DNA of 64,000 nucleotides, taken from an uncultured delta proteobacterium. Lineage in GTDB: Bacteria; Desulfobacterota; Desulfobacteria; Desulfobacterales; UBA2156. The stretch is taken from assembly GCA_963736855.1 (NCBI GenBank), contig CAVTQK010000015.1:256001-320000 (forward strand). Reading direction: 5' to 3'. The translations under genes and the position numbers were made by a program. Under the pieces are notes generated by a model. That model was not told where the DNA came from, ran no database searches, and saw only the letters and a list, made by a program, of their open reading frames with translations. Shown here piece after piece: positions 41,387 to 51,590 of the stretch (positions are counted from its first letter, which is position 1; each line of letters opens with the position of its first letter).

Positions 41387-42106
41387 TTATAATCTTTTGA
41401 TCAGCTCCACCATTTCCCGGACCGCGCGTTCCATGCCCACCAGGACCGCCCGGGAGATGATGCTGTGGCCGATTGAAAACTCGTCGATTTCCGAAACCCC
41501 TTTAAACCATGCGATGGTATGATAGCACAGCCCATGCCCCGCGTTGACTCCCATCTGCAACGACTTGGCGCGCTTGGCGACGCCAAGGATTTCCGAAAAA
41601 GCGGCGTTCCGTTTTTCCGGTGTGGGCGCATCGCAGAAGGCGCCGGTGTGAATCTCGATGATGTCGGCGCCCGCCTTTTTGGCCAGGTTTACCTGGGTCA
41701 TGTCGGGATCGATGAAAAGACTGACCGGGATTCCTTCCCGCTTCAACTGCGCCACGGCTTTGGATACGGTCTTACCATGCCGGGTCAGGTCCAAACCTCC
41801 TTCCGTAGTCAGTTCCTCGCGCTTTTCCGGAACCAGGGTCACAAGAGCCGGCTTGATTTCGGAGGCGATGCCGATCATCTCCGGCGTGGCCGCTATTTCG
41901 AAAATCATCTTGGTGGAAATGATCTCCCGGATCACCCGGACATCTCGATCCTGGATATGACGGCGATCCTCCCTCAGATGAACCACCACTCCATCCGCAC
42001 CCGCCAGCTCAACCAAGATCGCCGCCGCCACAGGCTCCGGGTACCGGGAACCGCGCGCCTGTCTCAACGTCGCCACATGATCCACATTTACGGCCAATCC
42101 TGACAT
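41387..42106 (-). CDS. pdxJ: Pyridoxine 5'-phosphate synthase
   Basis: VNVDHVATLRQAR, HLREDRRHI, TTEGGLD, EIHTG, NAGHGL; GGAGG RBS. Confidence 0.97.
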   Translation of the reverse strand: MSGLAVNVDHVATLRQARGSRYPEPVAAAILVELAGADGVVVHLREDRRHIQDRDVRVIREIISTKMIFEIAATPEMIGIASEIKPALVTLVPEKREELTTEGGLDLTRHGKTVSKAVAQLKREGIPVSLFIDPDMTQVNLAKKAGADIIEIHTGAFCDAPTPEKRNAAFSEILGVAKRAKSLQMGVNAGHGLCYHTIAWFKGVSEIDEFSIGHSIISRAVLVGMERAVREMVELIKRL

Positions 42107-42405
42107 GGAGCACCTCCCCTTGATATCACTATCTTTTTCGCGAAGCATTAATAATAAAGGACCAAGAAGTCAATCGATAATCCTTCTGATTTTTGTCCCT
42201 GAAGCGGCCGGCCTCAGCCGAATGCAGTCGGCAATTGCGCTGAATGCAAAAAATGGTTCAGCTCATTTTTCGCTCCTTTTTTTCAATTTTGCCCCGATTT
42301 TAATCTTTGCGCGCACCCCTCCTTCTCTAAATGAACGCCAGTCTTAGAATTCTCAATCCTCGTTTGATGTTGAACGCTTCCTCGGTTAAATGATCCTTCG
42401 GAATT

Positions 42406-42600
42406 TGAGGTGGTCAAGTAAAAACGGACACGCCGTTAAGCAACCTCTGCCCAAGTCAAGTCAGTTTCAAAGTCCTTTGGGTTCCTGTAACCCAGAAATG
42501 AATTCCGACGCTGGCTGTTGTAGAACATCTCGATGTACTCCACCATGTCGCCTCTGAAATCGTCACGGGTACGGTGGAGTCGATCTCCGACCCATTCTCT
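42406..42600 (-). mobile_element. IS3-family remnant (transposase C-terminus plus right end)
   Basis: Minus frame EWVGDRLHRTR..VEYIEMFYNSQRRNSFLGYRNPKDFE-stop, then GTGTCCGTTTTTACTTGACCACCTCA ending in CA. Confidence 0.8.
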
Positions 42601-42605
42601 TCCCC

Positions 42606-42779
42606 CGTGTTTCTGAATTTATATCCCAGAAGCTGGATTGAATTACGCTACAGGTCATGAGGTCAACCGGATCACATCCCTATTGAAAAATCCATCGACA
42701 ACATTCTATAATGATCCTATTATCCTCATGACCTGTAGCGTAATTCCCCCCTGATCTGGGTCATTGGTTCAGAAACGCG
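42606..42779. repeat. 174-bp imperfect palindrome with a 23-bp perfect inverted-repeat core
   Basis: GAATTACGCTACAGGTCATGAGG (42640-42662) / CCTCATGACCTGTAGCGTAATTC (42724-42746) plus symmetric outer and inner paired blocks. Confidence 0.85.
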
Positions 42780-42899
42780 TCGTGTAATATAAAATATTTA
42801 CATAACATGCCACAATGTAATAGAATTTGTTTAACTGCTTTTGAGATCGCCACCTTATTTCACATTTGTGAACATATTATTTAAACTGCCCAATATGTA

Positions 42900-43025
42900 G
42901 TGAAGCTCCCCGCCTTAAAAGGCGGGGAATCTTATAAGAGCATGGATGAGGATTGCATCCCCCTAGCCCCAACCGCACTCATCCCCGCCATGAATGGCGG
43001 GGCATTCTGCGGGTTTTTTTAATAA
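42900..43025. mobile_element. Non-autonomous IS200/IS605-like or REP-like element with two GC hairpins
   Basis: TCCCCGCCTT-AA-AAGGCGGGGA (42907-42928) and CCCCGCCAT-GA-ATGGCGGGG (42983-43002), no transposase between. Confidence 0.6.
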
Positions 43026-43077
43026 AAAAGCCTATTTTGGACAATAGTGAAGATTTATAGTGAAATGAGGTAATGCG

Positions 43078-45771
43078 ATGACTATCCGTAATCTTGATTT
43101 CATGTTCAACCCCTCTTCGGTCGTACTGGTGGGAGCGAGCCAAAAACCTGGCTCCATCGGTGCCGTCCTTGCTCGAAATTTGGTGAGTGGCGGCTTTAAA
43201 GGCGACATCTTTCCCGTTAATTCGAAATACAAGACCATAGAAGGGCTTCGTGCCTATCCTGATTTGGACAGTTTACCGAAAACGCCGGATCTTGCCGTGA
43301 TCGCCACGCCGCCGGATACTGTTCCGCAGCTGATTGAAAAACTCGGCAGACGGGGTACCCGGTCAGCGGTGGTTATATCGACCGGATTCCGCGAAGGCGA
43401 CAGCAAAAAAGGACAACAGTTGTGCGCCCGAATGCTCGACTCGGCCCGTCCCCATCTGCTGCGCATTATGGGCCCCAACTGCTTGGGGATCATGGTACCC
43501 GGGGTGGGCCTTAATGCGAGTTTCGGCCATGTCCAACCCCTTAACGGAAATATCGCGTTTGTCGCCCAGTCGGGAGCGGTTCAGACCTCTGTACTTGACT
43601 GGGCCACGTCGAAGGGAATCGGGTTTTCACATTTTGTGTCCGTGGGCAACATGTCCGATGTCGATTTCGGGGACATGCTCGATTATCTGGCCGCCGATTT
43701 TAGTGCCCAAGCGATCCTGCTTTACATCGAGAACGTTACCCATGCCCGTAAGTTCATGTCTGCGGCCCGGGCGGCGGCCCGGATGAAACCTGTGGTCGTG
43801 GTCAAGGCCGGACGCCATTCCGAGGGCGCCCGAGCCGCCGCTTCCCATACCGGCGCATTAGCCGGCGCCGATGAAGTTTACAATGCCGCCTTTCAACGGG
43901 CTGGGATGCTGCGGGTGATGGACATGCAGGCCCTCTTCGATGCCGTAGAAACCTTGGCCATGTCTCACCCGTTTCCAGGAGATCGTCTGGCCATTTTGAC
44001 CAATGGCGGCGGCATAGGCGTGCTGGCCACCGATGTTCTGATCGATAAAAAGGGGCGCCTGGCCGAGCTGTCTCCCGAAACCATCGCCCGTCTGAACAGT
44101 GTGCTCCCGGACACATGGTCACATAATAACCCGGTGGACATCGTTGGCGATGCCCCGCCGGGTCGCTATATCGATGCGTTAAAGGCACTCCTCGAGGATA
44201 AGGGTGTGGATGCCTTGCTTGTTTTAAACTGCCCTACGGCAGTGGCCTCAAGCACGGAGGCCGCCTGGGCGGTGGTCGACACGCTGAAAGAAAGCGGTTC
44301 AAAGGCAGGTTCCCGGGGAATTTTCACCAGTTGGCTGGGGATAGATTCCGCCCGCGAGGCCCGCAAAATATTTGCCGAAAACAGGATTCCGACCTATGAA
44401 ACACCGGCCGAGGCGGTTCGCGGATTTATGCAGATGGTTCGCTACCGCCGTAGCCAGGAAATGCTGATGGAGACACCAACCAACATCCCGGAAGTCTTCA
44501 AGCCAGAAACGGATAAGGCCCGAGGGATTGTTAACAAGGCGTTATCTCAAGGCTGTATCTGGCTGACCGAGACTGAGGCAAAAGCCGTTCTGGCCGCTTA
44601 CAAAATCCCCGTGGTCCAGACATACGAAGCGGCTACACCCGAACAGGCAGGTGAGATTGCCGCCAAGCTGGACGAATCAGTGGCGTTAAAGATCCTATCC
44701 CCGGATATTACCCACAAGTCGGACGTGGGGGGTGTGGCATTGAATCTTACCTCTGAAGAAGCGGTGAAAAAAACCGCACAGGTCATGAAGGAACGAATCC
44801 GCGAGAGACTACCCGATGCGACGATATCAGGATTTACGGTACAGCCGATGGTGCACCGCCCCAACGCCATGGAACTGATTGTCGGGGTCAGTGATGATAT
44901 ACAGTTCGGTCCGGTGATTCTGTTCGGCCAGGGCGGTACGGCCGTGGAGGTGATTCAGGATAAGGCCATTGCCCTGCCACCGCTTAACATGCAGCTTGCC
45001 CGAGAAGTAATGAGCCGCACGCGCGTATGCCGCCTGCTTGAAGGTTACCGTGGCAAGCCGGCCGCAGATTTGGACAGCATTGCGCTGACCCTGATCAAGG
45101 TGTCGCAACTGATCAGCGATATCGCAGATATCGCTGAACTGGATATCAATCCGCTGCTTGCCGATGAACAGGGGGTGGTGGCACTGGACGCACGCATTAA
45201 GGTGGTCAAATCGCATCTGCCCGCTGCACAACGACTGGCGATTTGTCCTTACCCCAAGGAGCTTGAGGAGACGCTCAAACTTTCCGATGGCCAAACGCTG
45301 CTGCTTCGCCCTATACGGCCGGAGGACGAACCGGCGTTTCAAGCGCTTTTCTCCAGACTCTCCATGGATGAGATCCGCATGCGATTTCTGCATGCCATGA
45401 AAATATTATCTCATAACATGGCGGCGCGTTTGACCCAGATCGATTATGACCGGGAGATGGCACTGGTCCTTTGCGAGCAGACCACTCAAAAAGAACCGGA
45501 GCTTCATGGAGTGGTACGAATTGCGGCGGATCCGGACAACGCACGCGCGGAATTCGCTATTCTCATTCGCCGCGACATGACCGGCATGGGCTTAGGCCCG
45601 ATGCTCATGCGCCGCATTGTCGATTACGCCAAGAAACGGGGTATCGGTGAGATTTTCGGGGAAGTGTTGGCCGAGAACAGGTCCATGTTGAGGATCTGCG
45701 AGGCTTTCGGATTTAAAACAAGACGCGATCCGGAAGAACCCGGTGTTATGATCGTTTCATTGGCGCTGTAA
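43078..45771 (+). CDS. Protein lysine acetyltransferase Pat/PatZ type (acyl-CoA synthetase-like domains plus C-terminal GNAT)
   Basis: GPNCLG, QSGA, SHTGALAG, HKSDVGGV, LDINPL, then LLRPIRPEDE, LTQIDYDREMA, AEFAI. Confidence 0.92.
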   Translation: MTIRNLDFMFNPSSVVLVGASQKPGSIGAVLARNLVSGGFKGDIFPVNSKYKTIEGLRAYPDLDSLPKTPDLAVIATPPDTVPQLIEKLGRRGTRSAVVISTGFREGDSKKGQQLCARMLDSARPHLLRIMGPNCLGIMVPGVGLNASFGHVQPLNGNIAFVAQSGAVQTSVLDWATSKGIGFSHFVSVGNMSDVDFGDMLDYLAADFSAQAILLYIENVTHARKFMSAARAAARMKPVVVVKAGRHSEGARAAASHTGALAGADEVYNAAFQRAGMLRVMDMQALFDAVETLAMSHPFPGDRLAILTNGGGIGVLATDVLIDKKGRLAELSPETIARLNSVLPDTWSHNNPVDIVGDAPPGRYIDALKALLEDKGVDALLVLNCPTAVASSTEAAWAVVDTLKESGSKAGSRGIFTSWLGIDSAREARKIFAENRIPTYETPAEAVRGFMQMVRYRRSQEMLMETPTNIPEVFKPETDKARGIVNKALSQGCIWLTETEAKAVLAAYKIPVVQTYEAATPEQAGEIAAKLDESVALKILSPDITHKSDVGGVALNLTSEEAVKKTAQVMKERIRERLPDATISGFTVQPMVHRPNAMELIVGVSDDIQFGPVILFGQGGTAVEVIQDKAIALPPLNMQLAREVMSRTRVCRLLEGYRGKPAADLDSIALTLIKVSQLISDIADIAELDINPLLADEQGVVALDARIKVVKSHLPAAQRLAICPYPKELEETLKLSDGQTLLLRPIRPEDEPAFQALFSRLSMDEIRMRFLHAMKILSHNMAARLTQIDYDREMALVLCEQTTQKEPELHGVVRIAADPDNARAEFAILIRRDMTGMGLGPMLMRRIVDYAKKRGIGEIFGEVLAENRSMLRICEAFGFKTRRDPEEPGVMIVSLAL

Positions 45772-45793
45772 GGGTCGAGGGATTGGAGAGAGG

Positions 45794-46045
45794 CTACGGG
45801 TTGATTTTCGATTTCAAATACGCGATGCAGCCCTTTAATGTTGCCAGCTGCGGGTAGTCTTCCTCGGGGATTTCTACTTTAAGCTGTTCTTGAAGCGCAA
45901 CAGCGAAGTTCATAAAATCGACTGAATCGAAATCGAACTGGTTGCGTAATCGATCGGCGGGATCGAGGTTCTCAATATCAGCTTCCGGCGCAATCTTACC
46001 GATAAGGTCCAGGGCCACTTTCTTGATTTGATCTTCGGTCAACAT
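45794..46045 (-). CDS. Acyl carrier protein (phosphopantetheine-binding), copy 2
   Basis: IAPEAD, FDSVD serine motif, VEIPEEDY, ATL; similar to 50042-50305. Confidence 0.85.
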   Translation of the reverse strand: MLTEDQIKKVALDLIGKIAPEADIENLDPADRLRNQFDFDSVDFMNFAVALQEQLKVEIPEEDYPQLATLKGCIAYLKSKINP

Positions 46046-46255
46046 CAATCAGACTCTCTGTTTGAGTTTTATTGTTCATAAAGCTTTATTTTATTATTAT
46101 CGGTCAGGCACTAATTAGGGCATCCTAACTTTGAGCAGAGATCGCGTCAAGAGTCCTGAGGCGGTAAAACTGCTCACAGGACCTTGACGGCTGCCGGCAT
46201 GCAATTCCTCCACACTCAATCCCGTCTCCCCACAGCCCTTTCTGCCTATAATGAT

Positions 46256-46650
46256 TGGACTCTTGCCCCTGGACAGAATAGTATAGGATGAGGGCAAGAA
46301 AGGAATAAAAAGATGATGAATAAGGATATGGGAATAGAGAGTATCAAGACAGAGTGAGATGGTAATGGAAGTGAGGTCTGGAGGGTCCCGCAATGGAGGT
46401 GAGCGTAACGAACCGGAACGAAGGGACCCTTCGAAGGGGTCCCCTGGGGTGGTGTTTCCCGGGCTTAATTGCCCGAGCACGGATGTGCCTGGATCAAGTT
46501 GAGGCATGTTTAACTACCCGGCACAGGCAAGGGGAGAAGGGGAAATTGAACGGGCTGGCGCCCAAGAAAAGGCGGAGGAAGGCAAACCTTGTCAATACTC
46601 TTGCCGAGAAGGTGAGATCGTTGGAGGCAGAGAAGCGACCACAGCGTAAG
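46256..46650 (+). mobile_element. Degraded IS3-family left part (OrfA remnant)
   Basis: Fragment LTTRHRQGEKGKLNGLAPKKRRRKANLVNTLAEKVRSLEAEKR resembles IS3-family OrfA C-terminus; broken frames; boundaries approximate. Confidence 0.55.
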
Positions 46651-46673
46651 AGGCGATGGAGCGAACGTTTTCT

Positions 46674-49349
46674 ATGAGAATTCACCAACTTCAAATTGAA
46701 GAGGCTCTTCACAGCCTTCGGAGTTCTGTCACGGGGCTTTCTGTCGATGAGGCGCAAAAGCGACTGGCTGAATTTGGTCCAAATCTCATAGAGCGCTTTA
46801 GAAAGGAGCACCTTGCGTTAAAACTGCTAAAGGAATTCACGCACTTCTTTGCCGTTATCCTGTGGTTGGCGGCAGGCCTGGCCTTTTTTGCAGAGTGGAG
46901 CGAGCCTGGCCAGGGGATGCTCACACTGGGTTTCGCGATCGTGGGCGTCATTGTGATCAACGGTTTCTTTTCATTTTGGCAAGAATACCGCGCAGAAAGA
47001 GCGGTCGCGGCTTTGCAGAAGCTGCTCCCCCAACTGGTTAAGGTATTGCGCGATGGGAATGCTTCCCAGATACCGGCCTCCCAATTGGTTCCGGGAGACA
47101 TTATTTTCCTATCGGAAGGCGATGACATTCCAGCGGACTCCAGACTGATCGAAGCGTTTGGTGTGCGTGTGAATAACGCGACGATTACTGGAGAGTCCCT
47201 TCCAAAGGGCAGAGACACGCATGAAAGCCACGAGGAGGAGTTGCTTCAGGCCAAGAACGTCGTCTTGGCCGGGACAAATATGGTTGCGGGGGATGCGAAG
47301 GCCCTAGTATTTGCCATAGGCATGAGGACTGAACTCGGTAAGATCGCTCACTTAACGCAGACGTCAAGCGAAACGCCATCCCCGCTTCAGAAAGAGATCG
47401 CGTATGTGAGTCGAATCGTGGGGATTCTGGCTGTTGGGTTAGGGGTCCTTTTCTTTTTTATCGGTCGTGGAGTGGGGCTGTCGTTTTGGGGGAACTTTAT
47501 CTTTGCCATCGGAATCATTGTGGCCAATGTTCCGGAGGGACTTCTTCCCACCGTTACGCTTGCACTTGCTATGGCCTCGCAGCGGATGGCCAGGCGAAAT
47601 GTCCTGGTTCGTCATCTTCCGGCGGTCGAAGCTTTGGGTTCGGCTACAGTGATCTGCACGGACAAGACTGGGACACTGACAGAAAATCGGATGGCGGCGC
47701 GAGAAGTTTTTTCCCCTTCCATGAATCAACCCTGCCATCTGAATGAGGTTCTTCAAAGAAAGAATTTATCCCCAATCCTTTATTACGCAGCATACCGGTG
47801 TCAGAATCTTAAGAGATCAGGAAATGGCAGTCCGGGGCAATGGCTGGGTGATCCCACGGAGATTGCCCTGGCTGAAATGGCTCGAAAGGCTATTCCTGAA
47901 CTGAAGGATTCACCTATGGTAGATGAAGTTCCTTTTAGTTCGGATCGAAAATATATGTCCACACTTCATCAAGAAGCGTCTGGTCTTGTCTTGTATTCCA
48001 AAGGCGCTTTGGAGACCCTCTTACCCCTTTGTTCCGGAATTCAGCTTAAGATACCCGAGCGTCTTGAGGCCGATACTCGATATCGTCTTTTAAAGGTCGA
48101 AGCAGAAATGGCCAGGCGGGGTTTGCGGGTACTTGCTTTTGCTTATCGCCCGGTTCCATCAAGCTATTCACGGGAGTGCCTTGAGGAAGACTTGATTTTT
48201 TTGGGTCTGGTGGGGTTAGAAGATCCGCCACGCAAGGAAGTCCCTCAATCCATTCAGAAATGTCGTGAGGCAGGTATTAAGGTGATCATGATCACCGGGG
48301 ATCATCCATATACAGCCGAAGCCATCGGTCGAGAAATCGGGATGATTTCTTGCAAAGATCCTGTTGTGGTGACTGGCGTAACGCTGAGAAAAACCTCGGA
48401 GACAGAACTTCAACTTCTCTTGAATGCTCCTGAAATCATTTTTGCTCGTGCAGACGCAGATCAAAAGATGAGGATTGTGATTGCTCTTAAGAAAAAGAAG
48501 GAGGTTGTTGCTGTGACGGGCGACGGAGTGAATGATGCCCCGGCGCTCAAGTTGGCCGACATTGGAGTCGCCATGGGAGTAAAAGGGACGGATGTGGCAA
48601 GAGAGTCTTCAGATATTATTCTAATGGACGACAATTTTTCAAGCGTCGTGGCAGCCATTGAGGAGGGGAGAGCGGTTTTTTCGAACATTCGGAGTTTCAT
48701 GACCTACATTTTGACTTCCAACATCCCAGAAATCATTCCTTATCTGGGTTTTGTCCTTCTCAAAATTCCCCTCGCCCTGACCATCATCCAGATCTTGGCC
48801 ATCGATTTGGGGACAGATCTCTTTCCCGCTCTTGCGCTTGGAGCAGAAAAACCGGATCCGGATGTCATGAAACGCCCCCCGCGACCTCGTAGCGAACGGT
48901 TGTTAAACAGGCCTCTCTTCTTTCGGGCTTATCTGTTTCTTGGGTTGATGGAAGCAGCCGCATCTCTGGCGGTGTTCTTCCACGTGTTATACGGAGGAGG
49001 ATGGCGATTTGGAGGAATGTTGTCCTATTCAAACCCACTCTATCTTCAGGCCACTACTGCGGCACTGAGTGCAGTGATTGTGATGCAGGTGGCAAACGTG
49101 TTTATGTGCCGGAGCGATCACAAATCCGTCTTTTCATTTTCGTTGTTGAGCAATCCGCTGATCTTGTTCGGGATTGCCATAGAAGCGGTTATCATCTTGT
49201 TGATTGACTATACGCCCTGGGGCAATCTACTCTTTGGCACAGCCCCGATCTCATGGGATGTATGGCTTTTCATGGTTCCCCTTGCGGTCGGAATGGTTAT
49301 GGTGGAGGAAACCAGAAAATGGATCTATAGGCGTATTCGCTTTCCCTGA
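46674..49349 (+). CDS. P2-type cation ATPase, Na+/K+(H+/K+)-ATPase-like
   Basis: [55 protein letters not shown]. Confidence 0.92.
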   Translation: MRIHQLQIEEALHSLRSSVTGLSVDEAQKRLAEFGPNLIERFRKEHLALKLLKEFTHFFAVILWLAAGLAFFAEWSEPGQGMLTLGFAIVGVIVINGFFSFWQEYRAERAVAALQKLLPQLVKVLRDGNASQIPASQLVPGDIIFLSEGDDIPADSRLIEAFGVRVNNATITGESLPKGRDTHESHEEELLQAKNVVLAGTNMVAGDAKALVFAIGMRTELGKIAHLTQTSSETPSPLQKEIAYVSRIVGILAVGLGVLFFFIGRGVGLSFWGNFIFAIGIIVANVPEGLLPTVTLALAMASQRMARRNVLVRHLPAVEALGSATVICTDKTGTLTENRMAAREVFSPSMNQPCHLNEVLQRKNLSPILYYAAYRCQNLKRSGNGSPGQWLGDPTEIALAEMARKAIPELKDSPMVDEVPFSSDRKYMSTLHQEASGLVLYSKGALETLLPLCSGIQLKIPERLEADTRYRLLKVEAEMARRGLRVLAFAYRPVPSSYSRECLEEDLIFLGLVGLEDPPRKEVPQSIQKCREAGIKVIMITGDHPYTAEAIGREIGMISCKDPVVVTGVTLRKTSETELQLLLNAPEIIFARADADQKMRIVIALKKKKEVVAVTGDGVNDAPALKLADIGVAMGVKGTDVARESSDIILMDDNFSSVVAAIEEGRAVFSNIRSFMTYILTSNIPEIIPYLGFVLLKIPLALTIIQILAIDLGTDLFPALALGAEKPDPDVMKRPPRPRSERLLNRPLFFRAYLFLGLMEAAASLAVFFHVLYGGGWRFGGMLSYSNPLYLQATTAALSAVIVMQVANVFMCRSDHKSVFSFSLLSNPLILFGIAIEAVIILLIDYTPWGNLLFGTAPISWDVWLFMVPLAVGMVMVEETRKWIYRRIRFP

Positions 49350-49376
49350 TCCGGATCAACCGCAACCAAAAGCCTC

Positions 49377-49558
49377 TTACACAGCGACATGATGTGCAGA
49401 AAAGACGCAGCGATGAGAACCCCTGCCGCGAAACACATGAAATAGGTTGTATTGTGATGTTCCCAGCCGGAAAAGCGTCGGATCGTGTAGATGCCTAGGG
49501 ACGTAACGAACGCCGCCAGAGTGCTGGTGGTAAATGCCGTCCAGAAGGTATTTTGCAT
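49377..49558 (-). pseudogene. Truncated ZIP-family metal transporter (N-terminus only)
   Basis: LAAFVTSLGIY..YFMCFAAGVLIAASFLHI, then frame runs into the antisense of the ATPase end. Confidence 0.65.
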
Positions 49559-49584
49559 GCCTTATATTCTTACTGGCTTGCGGC

Positions 49585-49974
49585 TTACTTTTTTGGAGTT
49601 TCCGACGAAGTTGGAACCAGCCCGGACGATGCAAACTGCTCCAGCGCCTCCAGCGCCTCGCATGCATAGACCACCGCCGGTCCGCCACCCATCATAATGG
49701 AGATACCCAGGGTCTCCAAAATCTCCTGTCGGGTGGCGCCAGCCCGGATGGCATCATGCACATGGTAGGCAATGCATCCTTCACACCGGGCCGTGATCCC
49801 GATGCCCAATGCGATGAGCTGTTTTATTTTGGCGTTAAGAGCGCCTGGCGCGGTTGTCGCGCCGTTGAGTTGGGCAAACGCCGACATGGGGCCGCGCAGC
49901 TCTCTCGCCAATTTGGCCGACAACTTTTGCAAATGCTCATAAAATAGAGGGTACTCGTCCTTCATTTCGTGCAT
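49585..49974 (-). CDS. Carboxymuconolactone decarboxylase/AhpD-family protein
   Basis: GALNAKIKQLIALG, RCEGCIAYH (CxxC), GATRQEILE, MGGGP. Confidence 0.9.
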   Translation of the reverse strand: MHEMKDEYPLFYEHLQKLSAKLARELRGPMSAFAQLNGATTAPGALNAKIKQLIALGIGITARCEGCIAYHVHDAIRAGATRQEILETLGISIMMGGGPAVVYACEALEALEQFASSGLVPTSSETPKK

Positions 49975-50041
49975 CTCCTCTTAGAGCAAGGCGCGGCCGA
50001 TGGCTGAAGACAACGTCCGGTCAGCCAACCAGCGGCCGCGG

Positions 50042-50305
50042 CTATAAAGAAAAGCGGATCACCGCGTCGCGGGCGGAGAGGTAATCGAGCATTTCCGATA
50101 GGGTATTGAGCTTCCCATAATCCGACTCGGGAACGGTGACGCCGAGCTCCTCATCGATGCGGATAAAGAAATTCAGGGCATCGAAAGAGTCGATATCGAG
50201 TGTTTTGCGTATGTTTTCGTCCGGCGCCAGGGCGCTTGGGTCCGACTCGGGAGCGATCCGCTTGAGTATCCCGAATATGACGTTTTTGATCTCATCGTTG
50301 TTCAT
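50042..50305 (-). CDS. Acyl carrier protein, copy 1
   Basis: ATG at 50305 overlaps E2 stop (ATGA); [23 protein letters not shown]. Confidence 0.87.
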   Translation of the reverse strand: MNNDEIKNVIFGILKRIAPESDPSALAPDENIRKTLDIDSFDALNFFIRIDEELGVTVPESDYGKLNTLSEMLDYLSARDAVIRFSL

Positions 50306-51590
50306 AGCTTTGAGGGCTCCTGAAGGTGGCGGTTCAAGGCATCGAGGAACTGGGCGCCGCGATGGCCGTCGGTGGCCCGGTGGTCCGCTGCAAGGGTCGC
50401 CGTCAGGACCGGCCGCACCCCGAGCATGCCGTTTTCGGCCCAGGGTTGCTCCATGGTCTTGCCGAATCCGACCAGGGCCACCTGGGGCGGGTAAATGACC
50501 CCGTAAACCGTCTCGACCCCGAGGTCGCCCAAATTGGTGACGGTGACGGTGGCATCCGTCATCTCGGAACTGCGCAGCCCTCCGGATCGGGCGCGCATAA
50601 TAAGGTCCCGCAGGGTCGACATAAGTTCGTCCAGACACTTTTCATCCGCGTTTAGAATGGCCGGTGCGATCAGGCCGCCCTGCCGCAGTGAGATCGCAAA
50701 ACCGATATGGATCGCTTCTGATATCTGATGACGGTCCTCGATCCAGTAGCCGTTGAGTTCCGGCACATCCCCCAGGGCGAGCGCCACCGCTTTGATGAGC
50801 GGAACGACGGGCAATATCCGATCCTTGATCGGGCGCTTGATATTTTCCGATTCCAGCCAACGCAAGGTGCGGCTCATATCGATGCCGTGTCTGGAGATAG
50901 TAGTGGGGAATTTCCCGCTTGGAGCGCGCCATGGTCGCTGCGATGGCCCGTCGCATGGCAGTCTGATAATCTTTGGCGGCGGGCTTTTCAGCAACCGGGG
51001 CACTGGGGGGCACCCCTTTTTGTGGTGCTGCGCTCCGCTTTTCTTCGATCGGCGTCGGAGCGGTCTTTTCCAGGGGCTGAGATAGCGCCGTTGCAGCGGC
51101 CCTTTTAACATCCTCCGCACTATCGCGCCGTCCGGCCGGTTCCCGCAAGAGTGGATAGATCAACGAAGCTCTCGGCAGCCAGCTTGCGTGCATAAGGAGA
51201 GGCTTTGACCCGTCTGGCGCCTGCGGCTGGAAGAGATGGCCGTGATTTCTCTTTTTCCAGCCCGGGTGCCGGCTCCGGCACACCTTCGCCTCCCGCCGGC
51301 GCCTGGGAAGCCTCCTTGGGGGGCGCTTTATCCGGCGCTGAGGCCTTTGGTTCGGCCTCTGTTCGAATGATGGCCATGATCGTGCCCACTGCAACCCTTT
51401 GGCCCGGTTGGACGAGAAGCGCTTCAATGATGCCGTCTTCGTACACCTCGATCTCGATGGCGGCTTTATCGGTCTCAATGACGGCGATGACATCCCTCCG
51501 TTTGACATGGTCACCGGGTTTTACCCGCCATTCAAGAAGCGTGCCCGCCTGCATATCCGAGCCCAAACTGGGCATGCGAAATTCAACCAT
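50302..51590 (-). CDS. 2-oxoacid dehydrogenase E2 acyltransferase, two frameshifts (about 51130 and 50885)
   Basis: Lipoyl [13 protein letters not shown] subunit-binding domain, [19 protein letters not shown] spread over three frames. Confidence 0.88.

Noticed and set aside
42855..42885. Rex-like half site TTTGTGAA upstream of pat
   Set aside because: Second half-site does not match; AT-rich background
50306..50638. 198-aa ORF suggesting an extended ACP
   Set aside because: Upstream part is an alternate frame of E2; ACP starts at 50305
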